Assembly: GCA_024236095.1 (NCBI GenBank)
Contig: JACKLD010000012.1
Location: forward strand, 214,291 to 278,290
Direction of reading: 5' to 3'
Length of the DNA stretch: 64,000 nt
DNA from: Pseudomonadaceae bacterium
GTDB lineage: Bacteria > Pseudomonadota > Alphaproteobacteria > UBA2136 > UBA6156
Shown in pieces: positions 10,530 to 19,321 of the stretch. Position 1 is the stretch's first letter; each line of letters begins with the position of its first letter. The position numbers were made by a program, and so were the translations under genes. The notes under the pieces were generated by a model. That model was not told the origin of the DNA, searched no databases, and worked only from the letters and a program-made list of their open reading frames with translations.

Positions 10530-10729
10530 GGGTGCAAACCTTTATTGAGGGGTTCGGTTGAGCCCATAACGCCCTTCGTCATGCGCATCACCTTGCTGCA
10601 AGGTTTGCATATTGGTTTTGTGTGTCAACACTTTGCCGCGTATTGCCATCACCCTGTGACGAATTCAGCGCACATCACCATAGGCGCACACGGCAAAAAC
10701 ACAAGGCAATGTGCCGCTTTCATCTGCCA

Positions 10730-11464
10730 TCAGGCAGCGTCGTCATCCTGCAAATTAATGATGACATCTTGCACATCGTCATCGTTGTTCAACGCATCAA
10801 TCATCTTCTCCAACTGCACCAGTTGTTCTTCATCCGTCAGTGCCTGACGCTGCATCGGCACATACGTCAAATCGGCTTCTTCGGCATCGCCAAGACTTTG
10901 CGCCAACGCGTCGCGCACGGCGGCAAAATCATCGGGCAGCGTATAGATGCGGTGACCGTCTTCATCACTCTGCACGTCGTCAGCCCCAGCCAAAATCGCC
11001 TGTTCCAAAACATCTTCATGGGCTCCCTTGCCTACCGGATACACCAGCACCCCCACCTGTTTGAACATCCATGCCACGCTGCCGTCCGTCCCCACGTTGC
11101 CGCCGTTCTTGGCAAAGGCGGTGCGCACATTGGTGATGGTGCGGGTGGGGTTGTCGGTCAGCGTGCGCACCAGCACCGCCACGCCGCCGGGCCCGTAACC
11201 TTCGTAGGTACGTTCCACATAGTCGGCGCCCTGCAACTCACCCGTCCCACGCTTGATGGCCCGCTCGATCACGTCCTTGGTCATGTTGGCGGCGCGTGCT
11301 TTGTCTACCGCCGCGCGCAGGTTGGGGTTGGCGGCGACATCGCCACCGCCCTGCCGTGCCGCCGTCACCAAGTCACGCAGCAACTTGGTAAACACCTTCG
11401 AGCGTTTCTTATCCTGCGCCGCCTTGCGGTGCATGATGTTCTTGAACTGGCTATGCCCGGCCAT
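10730..11464 (-). CDS. yebC: YebC/PmpR family transcriptional regulator
   Basis: 244 aa starting MAGHSQFKNIMHRKAAQDKKRSKVFTKL, the standard YebC N-terminus. Confidence 0.9.
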   Translation of the reverse strand: MAGHSQFKNIMHRKAAQDKKRSKVFTKLLRDLVTAARQGGGDVAANPNLRAAVDKARAANMTKDVIERAIKRGTGELQGADYVERTYEGYGPGGVAVLVRTLTDNPTRTITNVRTAFAKNGGNVGTDGSVAWMFKQVGVLVYPVGKGAHEDVLEQAILAGADDVQSDEDGHRIYTLPDDFAAVRDALAQSLGDAEEADLTYVPMQRQALTDEEQLVQLEKMIDALNNDDDVQDVIINLQDDDAA

Positions 11465-12038
11465 GAGTCACATCCCTCATCTGTCTTAGTTTCTGCACCA
11501 TGCGCCAACGACCATGTCCGGGCGTGACCAGCCCCTCTGCCTCATCAAGAGTAAACCAACGCATCGTCAAGTTTTCAGAACTTCCCGGTATGGGAGTCTT
11601 CTCATTGAACCGTGCCAGAAATCTCATATCAAAGTGCAAGTGCTCAGGCTCGTCCTTGCGTGGGGGGATGCACTGGATATCAAGATCAAAAATGCCTCCA
11701 TTACCAACAGTCATGTCCGGAGTGATACCGGATTCCTCCTCCAACTCGCGCAAGGCGACACGATACACATTCCCGTCACCGTCACAGTGCCCTCCAAATT
11801 GCAACCATAAGTCAAGCTTGGGATGATGCATCAGCAGCACTTTAGACAAGTCAAGGTTGGCCACCAAAAGGGAACCCGTAATGTGCCCCGGTGAAAAATC
11901 ATCCCTCCACAGACAACGCGGATTCTTTTCAATCAGGTCAAGGAAAAGACGCCTATAAACACGTTCATATGCCATTAATGGTTCCTCGGTTGGCTGATAG
12001 GCGGCAAGCGCCGTCTGAAGCCATTGATGTTCGCCCAT
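11451..12038 (-). CDS. NUDIX hydrolase
   Basis: 195 aa with a Nudix box (GGHCDGDGNVYRVALRELEEESGI). Confidence 0.8.
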   Translation of the reverse strand: MGEHQWLQTALAAYQPTEEPLMAYERVYRRLFLDLIEKNPRCLWRDDFSPGHITGSLLVANLDLSKVLLMHHPKLDLWLQFGGHCDGDGNVYRVALRELEEESGITPDMTVGNGGIFDLDIQCIPPRKDEPEHLHFDMRFLARFNEKTPIPGSSENLTMRWFTLDEAEGLVTPGHGRWRMVQKLRQMRDVTHGRA

Positions 12039-12059
12039 GATATTTCTCCCCTTAATAAC

Positions 12060-12128
12060 TTCGCTGGATTCCCGCGTTACGCGTTGCGTTGGTCTCCGCT
12101 ACGCTTCGGCTTGCGGGAATAACGCTTG
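12060..12128. repeat. dRS3-like inverted-repeat element (ATTCCCGC-37 nt core-GCGGGAAT)
   Basis: GGATTCCCGCGTTACGCGTTGCGTTGGTCTCCGCTACGCTTCGGCTTGCGGGAATAAC. Its reverse complement is near-identical to 47040-47095. Confidence 0.6.
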
Positions 12129-12138
12129 GCAAAGACTG

Positions 12139-12936
12139 TTACTCCCCCAACACCCCACCCACCTTCACTTGGGTAATGGATGTCGCCAAACCATTGTCGC
12201 CAACACTTACCACCACGCCGCACAGGGTGCCTTCTCCGGCTGCGGGCTGGAACTTGTTGCGGCCGACCGTCAGCAGGCCGGGCATCACGCTCTCGTAGCT
12301 CATGCCGAGGCTGGAATCGTAGTCGCCGCACATCCCCGCATCGGTCAGGTAGGCGGTGCCCTTGGGCTGAATGCGCGCATCGTGGGTCGGAATGTGGGTA
12401 TGCGTGCCCACCACCAAACTGGCCTTGCCGTCGCAGGCGTAGCCCATCATGCACTTTTCGGCAGTGGCTTCGGCATGCATGTCAATCACCAGCGCATCCA
12501 CGGTGTCGCCCAGACGGTAATCTTGCGCCAACATCTCGCGCACTTTCACAAACGGACAGTCCACCTGGTGGCGCATGAACACCCGCCCCTGCAAATTGAT
12601 AACCCCCACCCGCTTGCCCGCAGCGGTGGTAAACACCGTATGCCCACGCCCGGCACTACCTTGCGGATAATTGGCCGGACGGATGATGCGCGGGTTGCCC
12701 GCCAGCAGTTCTTCCACGCCACGCTGGTCAAACGTGTGGTCGCCTAGCGTAATCACATCGGCCCCGACGGAGAAGATCTCCTTGGCGGTCTCGGCGGTAA
12801 TCCCGCGCCCGTTGGCGGCGTTTTCGCCGTTGACGATGGTACAATCTACCGCAAAGCGTTCCTTCAGCGCGGGCAAATGTTTGGTCAGGGCGTTGCGGCC
12901 CGGCACGGCGGCAACATCGCCAAGGAAAAGAATGTT
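12139..12936 (-). CDS. YmdB-like metallophosphoesterase (2',3'-cyclic-nucleotide phosphodiesterase family)
   Basis: MNILFLGDVAAVPGR N-terminus followed by GDHTFD and GTHTHIPTHD metal-binding motifs. The track's start at 12960 is a TTG; the ATG at 12936 is preferred. Confidence 0.8.
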   Translation of the reverse strand, partial: NILFLGDVAAVPGRNALTKHLPALKERFAVDCTIVNGENAANGRGITAETAKEIFSVGADVITLGDHTFDQRGVEELLAGNPRIIRPANYPQGSAGRGHTVFTTAAGKRVGVINLQGRVFMRHQVDCPFVKVREMLAQDYRLGDTVDALVIDMHAEATAEKCMMGYACDGKASLVVGTHTHIPTHDARIQPKGTAYLTDAGMCGDYDSSLGMSYESVMPGLLTVGRNKFQPAAGEGTLCGVVVSVGDNGLATSITQVKVGGVLGE

Positions 12937-12976
12937 CATAAGGCGGTTATACGGGGTCAAACCCCAATGGGCAAGC

Positions 12977-13624
12977 CTACCAGCAACGGATAACCTCTTT
13001 CCCGGTCACCACATACTCCAGCCGCTGGTCGTGGTATTCGGCCGGAAAGTCATCCACCTCCAGCTCGGTATGACACACGCCGATGGTCAAGGTCGGGAAC
13101 GGCGCCTGCTTGAACGTGCGGTCGTAAAAGCCGCCGCCATAGCCCAAGCGATGCCCTTGGCGGGTGTAGCCCAACATCGGGCAGATGATGACGGCAGGCC
13201 AAATCGGCGCCCCACAACCGGTGGGAATCCCCAGCACGTCGGGCTCCGTCCCCCCCTCGGCGGTGAAGATGTTGAACGCCAGCGGATGCCCCACTTCCAC
13301 CACACGGGGCAACGCCACGGTATGGCCGTCGGTCCACAGCTCGCGAGCCAGCGGCAGCAGATCAATCTCGCTGCCACGGGGGTAATACAGACCCACCACG
13401 GTGGGGCCGAACTCGGCCAGCAGCGTGCGCAGGTGGTTGATGACTTTCCAACGGGTGGTATCGCGCAAATCGGCGTTGATGACCTTGCGCCGCAACAAAA
13501 AATCGGCTCGCAACTCGGCCTTGCGAGTTTTCAACGAACGGCTGCCGGGGTCAACCGTGAACGGGACAGCAATGGCAGGAGTGGGGCGCGTCAGACGAGG
13601 CATAAAGGCAAGATGGGGCAGCAT
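12977..13624 (-). CDS. ygfA: 5-formyltetrahydrofolate cyclo-ligase
   Basis: Has GYGGGFYDR plus a KAELRADFLLRRKV N-terminal region. The true start may be a TTG near 13534 (MKTRKAELR...), which would shorten the N-terminus. Confidence 0.8.
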   Translation of the reverse strand: MLPHLAFMPRLTRPTPAIAVPFTVDPGSRSLKTRKAELRADFLLRRKVINADLRDTTRWKVINHLRTLLAEFGPTVVGLYYPRGSEIDLLPLARELWTDGHTVALPRVVEVGHPLAFNIFTAEGGTEPDVLGIPTGCGAPIWPAVIICPMLGYTRQGHRLGYGGGFYDRTFKQAPFPTLTIGVCHTELEVDDFPAEYHDQRLEYVVTGKEVIRCW

Positions 13625-13711
13625 TGCAAGAAATCAAGCCCGGCACGGAAGTTCCAGAAACCGGCCAATCCCGTTCAACTCGCAATGACCACCACCTGTC
13701 ACTCTAACATC
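13535..13711 (-). ncRNA. ssrS: Candidate 6S RNA (ssrS), proposed from synteny
   Basis: A zapA-ssrS-ygfA arrangement is conserved in beta/gamma-proteobacteria. If ygfA starts near 13534, a 177-nt non-coding gap the length of 6S RNA remains, and its ends are complementary (GAACGGG / CCCGTTC). Not verified structurally. Confidence 0.3.
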
Positions 13712-13999
13712 TTACTGCGGCAACAACTGTTCCAGCTTCAACGCCAACGCCCGATGGAACTGAACCACGCTGGCTCCCTGCTCGTCCAACTGGTCGCGGG
13801 CTTCAAGACTTTCCGCCGCCAACTGGATGCAGGCCAGCACCAACTGGCGGTCGCGGTCCATCAACGGGTCGGCGCTGCGCAGGTCGGAAAGCAAGGCATC
13901 CACATGGGTGGCAAGACTTTTCACCTTGGTTTCCTGCCCCGCCGCCACGCTCAGGCGGTAACTGCGGCCTCCCAGCGTCACATCCACCATGTTGCTCAT
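13712..13999 (-). CDS. zapA: Cell division protein ZapA
   Basis: 95 aa starting VDVTLGGRSYRLSV, with ZapA-like coiled-coil content. Confidence 0.85.
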   Translation of the reverse strand: MSNMVDVTLGGRSYRLSVAAGQETKVKSLATHVDALLSDLRSADPLMDRDRQLVLACIQLAAESLEARDQLDEQGASVVQFHRALALKLEQLLPQ

Positions 14000-14265
14000 G
14001 CGGCGGCACTTTCTTGGCTATTGTCGGGAAGGCTTTCCATGCGGGAAATCAAATCATCCAACCGCGAAAGCGCATGACGCTGGCGGGTTTTCAATTCCTT
14101 GTTCTCGCCACGCAGACGGGCCAACTCGCCTTCCACCGGCATCGCTGCAACCTCGCCCCCCGCACTGTGCAGGTTGGCCATATGGTCTTCCAGCTGGCGC
14201 ACAATGTTCAGCAAGCGCTGGGTGCTGCGGTTGTCGGCCAATTTGGGCAATGGTATGTCGCTCAT
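13996..14265 (-). CDS. ZapB-like coiled-coil protein (DUF904-like)
   Basis: 89-aa coiled coil (ELARLRGENKELKTRQRHALSRLDDLISRMESL) whose stop overlaps the zapA start by 4 nt. Confidence 0.45.
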   Translation of the reverse strand: MSDIPLPKLADNRSTQRLLNIVRQLEDHMANLHSAGGEVAAMPVEGELARLRGENKELKTRQRHALSRLDDLISRMESLPDNSQESAAA

Positions 14266-14385
14266 GCCTCACCCCTTCCTCATGATTGCTACGCTTGAAG
14301 TGTTACTTGAAGTCAGGCGGCGGGTCAACGGTTGCGCGCATCCAACCGACAAGGCACAATCGCCCAAAAGAGACGCCACACCCAC

Positions 14386-15570
14386 ATGACCTCCGCCCTG
14401 CCCCGTTATGACGCCATCAACCTGGCTGGCAAGGCGATACTAATGCGGGTGGATTTCAACATCCCCCCCGATGCTCACGGCAACCTTGCCGACACCTACC
14501 GGCTGGAGGCCCACTTGCCTGGCATCAAGGAACTTTTGGCCAAAGGCGCACGGCTGGGACTGCTCACCCACCGGGGCCGCCCACAGGGCGATGTGGTACC
14601 GCATCTTTCCACCAAACCGCTGGCTGAAGAACTCTCGCGCCAGTTGGGGCAAGCGGTGCACCATGTGCCCGACTGCATCGGCCGCATGGCCGAACAGGCC
14701 ATGGCGGAACTTCCGCCGGGGCAAGTGCTGCTGTTCGAGAACACCCGCTTTCATTTGGGCGAACAGGTCAACGACGCCGCCTTCGTGCGTCACCTTGCCA
14801 AACTGGGCGAGGTGTTCGTCAACGATGCCTTTGCCGCCGCGCACCGCCCCCATGCCAGCATGTCGGGGCTGGCCGCCACCATGCCGACCAGCGTGCTGGG
14901 CCCCTTGATGCTGCGCGAACTCGACTGGCTACAAACCCTTCAGGCTGATGCGCCGCGCCCCCTCTCCTGCATCATCGGCGGCACGCAGGTGGCCGCCAAG
15001 CTCGACCTCATCGCCGCACTGATGACCCGTGTGGATACCCTGATGCTGGCGGGAGCCGTGGCCCATACCTTTCTTGCCAGCCGCGATATGGGACTGGGCC
15101 GCAGCCTTTTAGACCCCGGCAGCGTCGAGCGCGCCCGCGATATCTTCGCCGAAGCCGGCGTGGTGGGCTGCCGCCTGCTGCTGCCGCAAGACTTCACCGT
15201 GCAAAACAAACAGGACGGAACCGTCACCGCCAAACCCTTCAACAAGCTCAGCGGCGATGACATGGCCATGGATATCGGCCCGCAAACTTGCGAGACATGG
15301 CGGCAGGTCATCGGCAAAAGTGCCCGCAGCTTCTGGCTGGGCAGCGTCGGCAACTTCGAGCATTCGCCGTTCGATACCGGCTGCCGCACCGTCGCCGAAG
15401 GCTTGCTGGCCGCCGAGGGCTTCACCCTTGCTGCGGGCGACGGCCTGCTCAAGGCCCTCAAGCCCGATGCCATGCGCACACGTCTGCCCCACGTCTCCAG
15501 CGGTGCGGCGGTGTGGCTGCATGCCCTGGCAGGCAAGCCCCTCCCCGCCTTACAAGTTTTGCGCCGTTAA
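14386..15570 (+). CDS. pgk: Phosphoglycerate kinase
   Basis: Carries the LMRVDFNIP, LTHRGRP and hinge motifs. The start is set at the internal ATG (MTSALPRYD). Confidence 0.92.
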   Translation: MTSALPRYDAINLAGKAILMRVDFNIPPDAHGNLADTYRLEAHLPGIKELLAKGARLGLLTHRGRPQGDVVPHLSTKPLAEELSRQLGQAVHHVPDCIGRMAEQAMAELPPGQVLLFENTRFHLGEQVNDAAFVRHLAKLGEVFVNDAFAAAHRPHASMSGLAATMPTSVLGPLMLRELDWLQTLQADAPRPLSCIIGGTQVAAKLDLIAALMTRVDTLMLAGAVAHTFLASRDMGLGRSLLDPGSVERARDIFAEAGVVGCRLLLPQDFTVQNKQDGTVTAKPFNKLSGDDMAMDIGPQTCETWRQVIGKSARSFWLGSVGNFEHSPFDTGCRTVAEGLLAAEGFTLAAGDGLLKALKPDAMRTRLPHVSSGAAVWLHALAGKPLPALQVLRR

Positions 15571-15585
15571 AGGCATTCCCATAAA

Positions 15586-15613
15586 GCAAAAGCCCCCGGA
15601 ACGGGGGCTTTTG
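15586..15613. terminator. Bidirectional rho-independent terminator
   Basis: CAAAAGCCCCCGGAACGGGGGCTTTTG between the convergent pgk and the 15628-15945 gene. Confidence 0.7.
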
Positions 15614-15627
15614 TACAAGCAGTCGCC

Positions 15628-15945
15628 TTACTGGGCGGTCGCTTCGCCGGCGGCGTTTTCCACCGCTTGGGCGGCGTCTTGCATGGCGTCGGCCGCACCT
15701 TGCATGGCGTCGGCGGCGTCTTGCATCATGCCTTCTTCAGGCATCGGGGCCGCTTCCGGAGCAGGAGCCGCTTCGGGCATCGGGGCCGCTTCAGGCATCG
15801 GAGCCGGCATCGGGGCGGCTTCAGGCATGGGGGCTTCCATCATCGGGGCTTCCATGGCTTCTTGCTTTTCGTTTTGTTGGTACACCATGTAGGCGCCAAC
15901 GGCCAGCACGGCGATACCGGCGATAATCAGAGGAGCTTTGCTCAT
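15628..15945 (-). CDS. Small membrane-anchored protein with PEAAPM tandem repeats
   Basis: MSKAPLIIAGIAVLAVGAY TM anchor followed by (APMPEA)n repeats. A good SD (AAGGAAG) precedes the ATG at 15945. Confidence 0.55.
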   Translation of the reverse strand: MSKAPLIIAGIAVLAVGAYMVYQQNEKQEAMEAPMMEAPMPEAAPMPAPMPEAAPMPEAAPAPEAAPMPEEGMMQDAADAMQGAADAMQDAAQAVENAAGEATAQ

Positions 15946-16153
15946 CGGGGTCTTCCTTTTGTTGTTTGCTTCGGGCACGGGCCTTCAGCAGGTTCATGAC
16001 AGCTTGCCACGTTGCCATGCCAAGCATGGGGGTAGGTCAAACCTCGCGCGCATTTAGGCCCCGCAAACCGCCGCTGTCAATGCCCAGCGCAACAAAAAGG
16101 CAACTTGTTTATCAAGGGGATACGTTTCTTACACGATACTTACAAAACCGGAC

Positions 16154-16681
16154 TTACGCGGTCTCGGCGCGAAACCGCGCACCCAACTCGGCATAATGCG
16201 GCGCCGACCAGCCGATGTAAGCGCGCTCTTCGTCGGTCAAACGGCGCACCGGTTTGGCAGGCACACCGGCCCACAGCCAACCGCTTTCCACCACCTTGCC
16301 GGGCGACACCAACGCTCCTGCCGCCACCATGCTGAATGCCTGTACCACCGCCCCGTCCAACACCTTCGAGCCCATGCCGATCAAGCAATCGTCGTGGATC
16401 TGGCAACCGTGCACGATGGCCCCGTGGCCGATGGTCACACGGTTGCCGATGATCAGCGGCCATTTTTCATAGGTGACATGGCACACCGCGTTTTCCTGAA
16501 TGTTGGTCATCTCGCCCACGCGGATGCGGTTGACATCTCCGCGCAGCACCGCGCCAAACCAGACGGAGCTGCGGCTGCCAACGTGCGTATCGCCGATCAC
16601 GCGGGCGCTGTCGGCCACAAACACGTTTTGGCCAAGGGTCGGGTGGATGCCTTGATAGGGGCGGATATTTGCGCCCATCAC
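16154..16681 (-). CDS. Gamma-carbonic anhydrase family / hexapeptide-repeat protein (YrdA/PaaY-like)
   Basis: 175 aa with left-handed beta-helix hexapeptide repeats and conserved His residues. Confidence 0.85.
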   Translation of the reverse strand: MMGANIRPYQGIHPTLGQNVFVADSARVIGDTHVGSRSSVWFGAVLRGDVNRIRVGEMTNIQENAVCHVTYEKWPLIIGNRVTIGHGAIVHGCQIHDDCLIGMGSKVLDGAVVQAFSMVAAGALVSPGKVVESGWLWAGVPAKPVRRLTDEERAYIGWSAPHYAELGARFRAETA

Positions 16682-16682
16682 C

Positions 16683-17204
16683 TCAGTTCCCCGTCCCGCT
16701 GATTTTGCCGGTCACATCGCGCGTGGCGAGCGAGATTCCGCTGGAAGCCCCCTCGCCTTCGCCACCGTCCACCGCCTTGAGCATCACTTGGTCGCGCTGC
16801 TTGCACTGGGCTTCAATCTTGGCGCCATCGGAAATATGGATGGTGCCGTACACCACCCGCCCGCGAATCACCGCGTTGGGGCGGCACTCCAGCTTTTCCA
16901 ACACATCCATCGGGCCGTTCACCGTGCCGTCGGCCAGCACCGAGGTGGCAATCACCGCACCGTTGATGACCGCCCCCTTGCTCACCACCAACTGGCCGCG
17001 CCCGCCTTCGTACACGCTCACCTTGCCGTCCACCCGGCCATCCACCCGCAATTGCCCGCTGAAGTACACGTCACCACGGATCTGCAAATTGCCGGTAATC
17101 AGGCAATGCCCGTCAATGTCACGGGGGTCGATCACCTCCAGCGACACGTCGGCACCGGCGGATTTCCCGCCCGACTTCGCCTTGCTGCCCAAAAACCAGA
17201 TCAT
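16683..17204 (-). CDS. Bactofilin (CcmA-like cytoskeletal protein)
   Basis: 173 aa with a DUF583-like repetitive beta-helix (GDVYFSGQLRVDGRVDGKVSV...). Confidence 0.8.
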   Translation of the reverse strand: MIWFLGSKAKSGGKSAGADVSLEVIDPRDIDGHCLITGNLQIRGDVYFSGQLRVDGRVDGKVSVYEGGRGQLVVSKGAVINGAVIATSVLADGTVNGPMDVLEKLECRPNAVIRGRVVYGTIHISDGAKIEAQCKQRDQVMLKAVDGGEGEGASSGISLATRDVTGKISGTGN

Positions 17205-17431
17205 GCCACCTTCCTACCCCATGCGCAGGCTTTAGAAAAGCCCCCTATCCTGTTTGCGCATGGGGCCTGTGGCACAACATCTGCGATGACACGACCCAAT
17301 GCAATTCAGGGAACGATCGATCGCGATACGGAGAGCGGAGAAGTTAAGGGAGCAAAGCCTCCTTACGCCACAGACGCCATTCCAAGGAACACGGGCCACC
17401 GACAATGCAAAGAGTTGGGTTTTGTTCGGTT

Positions 17432-18196
17432 TTAAAACGTTTTCCAGCAATACCCTACCGTCTTGGCCGCCGCATCAAACACCTTCACGTCAATCAGCCG
17501 CGTGGCGTCATCCGCCGCATCAATGGCCATTTCCCCCTTGATATCCATGCTTTTCGCCGTATCCAACGCAAACGATTTGCTATTGCCGCCGGCCTGCGTG
17601 TTGCTGCGCATGGCCACGGCATTGTCCCCCACCACCAGCGAGACCCGCGCCGTCAGCTTCGGCGGCAACTTGATGCCCTTGGCCACCTTGGTCAGGTTCA
17701 GGCTGTAACTGGCCTTGCCGTCGGCATACTTGGCATCAAGGTTGACGCACTGCACCAGCTCGCGCTCCAGCTTGGGCTTCAACAATTGCTCATAGGTGGC
17801 GATGCTCTGCTTCAGTGTCAGCAGTTCCCCTTCCACTTGCGTCAGCTTGCCGGTGGCTTCGGCGCGGGCGGTTTCGGCCATGGTGGTCTTGGCTTCGGCT
17901 TCGGCACGGGCCTTGCGCTCGGTGTCCAGCTGGTTTTTCATGGCATCATACTCAACCTTGAACTCTAGATAATCCTTGCGCATTTTCTCAGCTTCTTCAA
18001 CACGATGCTTCATCGAATTAAAGTCCAACTTCAGCCAAGCAGGCGCAATCACCCCCGCCGACACCAAAAACCCCCCCACCGGCAACGCCACCGCCAACAC
18101 CACCATACTCCAGAACAACTGGGTGGAAATATGCAGCGTCAACGGCCGCCGGTCGGTCTCGTTGCGCTTCATGATGAGAATGGTATAGGCGGGCAT
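17432..18196 (-). CDS. Membrane-anchored coiled-coil protein (bactofilin-neighbourhood)
   Basis: MKRNETDRRPLTLHISTQLFWSMVVLAVAL TM anchor, a long coiled coil and a C-terminal globular domain. It sits directly upstream of bactofilin. Confidence 0.5.
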   Translation of the reverse strand: MPAYTILIMKRNETDRRPLTLHISTQLFWSMVVLAVALPVGGFLVSAGVIAPAWLKLDFNSMKHRVEEAEKMRKDYLEFKVEYDAMKNQLDTERKARAEAEAKTTMAETARAEATGKLTQVEGELLTLKQSIATYEQLLKPKLERELVQCVNLDAKYADGKASYSLNLTKVAKGIKLPPKLTARVSLVVGDNAVAMRSNTQAGGNSKSFALDTAKSMDIKGEMAIDAADDATRLIDVKVFDAAAKTVGYCWKTF

Positions 18197-18277
18197 GGAG
18201 CGCAGTATAACAGAACGCCCCCTCCCCCGCACAATAAAAAAGGGAGCCAACGGCCCCCTTTTCTGCATAACATACAG

Positions 18278-18703
18278 TTAGCGTTTGCTGAACTGCGTGC
18301 TGCGGCGGGCCTTGTGTTTCCCGTACTTTTTGCTTTCCACCACGCGGGAGTCGCGGGTGAGGTAGCCCAGCTTCTTCAGCACCGGACGGTTGGAGGCTTC
18401 CATTTGCTCCAGCGCTTTCGAAATGCCGTGACGCAGGGCACCGGCCTGACCCGACAGACCGCCGCCGTGGCAACGGGCCACCACGTCGTACTTGCCGGCC
18501 TGGTCCAGCGCGAAGAACGGCTGGTTGGTAATCATCTGCAGCACCGGACGACCGAAGTAGTCTTCGATTTTACGACCGTTGATGGTGATCTGGCCCTTGC
18601 CTTTTTTCAGCCACACGCGGGCAATGGCGTTTTTCCGCTTGCCGGTGGCGTAAAAGCGGCCGGCCTTTTCGTTGGCGGCCTTGATGGTTTGCGCAATGCT
18701 CAT
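18278..18703 (-). CDS. rpsI: 30S ribosomal protein S9
   Basis: [17 protein letters not shown] ... [11 protein letters not shown]. Confidence 0.95.
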   Translation of the reverse strand: MSIAQTIKAANEKAGRFYATGKRKNAIARVWLKKGKGQITINGRKIEDYFGRPVLQMITNQPFFALDQAGKYDVVARCHGGGLSGQAGALRHGISKALEQMEASNRPVLKKLGYLTRDSRVVESKKYGKHKARRSTQFSKR

Positions 18704-18704
18704 G

Positions 18705-19154
18705 TTACTTGGCCCCCTTGATGGTCATCGTCTTGGGTTGCTGGGCGGTGTGCGGGTGTTCGGTCCCGGCATACACGTGCAGCTTCTTGTACATCTTGCG
18801 GGAAAGCGCGCTCCACTTGGGCAGCATGCGCTTCACGGCGCGCTCCACCACGCGCTCGGGGTGTTTGCCGTCCAGCTCGGCCCCGGCGAGGATGGTCTTC
18901 AAACCACCCGCAAAGCCGGTGTGGTAATGGAATTCCATGTTGTCGCGCTTGTGGCCGGTCAGGCGCACTTTTTCGGCATTGATAACCACCACATGGTCGC
19001 CGTTGTCGACGTGCGGGGTAAAATTCGGTTTGTGTTTGCCGCGCAGAACCATGGCGATCTGGGAGCTCAAACGCCCCAGAGGCACGTCGGTGGCGTCCAC
19101 CACGTACCATTCGTTGTTGGTTTCGCTGGCTTTCAGGCTGGTGGTAATGTCCAT
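18705..19154 (-). CDS. rplM: 50S ribosomal protein L13
   Basis: [21 protein letters not shown]... Confidence 0.95.
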   Translation of the reverse strand: MDITTSLKASETNNEWYVVDATDVPLGRLSSQIAMVLRGKHKPNFTPHVDNGDHVVVINAEKVRLTGHKRDNMEFHYHTGFAGGLKTILAGAELDGKHPERVVERAVKRMLPKWSALSRKMYKKLHVYAGTEHPHTAQQPKTMTIKGAK

Positions 19155-19321
19155 CCGGCTGAATCCTTTAGCTGTTCATATCAACCCAGCAAAGGCGCCG
19201 TGGCGCTTGTTTATCCCTGCCGGGGGCACTCCAATGAACGGGCCGCCGCAGCCACCCGCCAATTCCCGTCGCCATCGGGGAATGCCGCCTTGTAGGCGAG
19301 CCCCCTCCCCCTGTCAAGCCC

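Noticed and set aside
10204-10548. Plus-strand ORF encoding FLAGAFF repeats
   Set aside because: It is the antisense frame of the KAAP-repeat histone-like gene. That gene has a good start, an amino-acid composition typical of AlgP/BpH1/Hc1-type H1-like proteins, and a terminator.
12671-14077. 468-aa plus-strand ORF across ygfA/zapA
   Set aside because: It is antisense to ZapA and the 5-FCL gene, both with clear family signatures.
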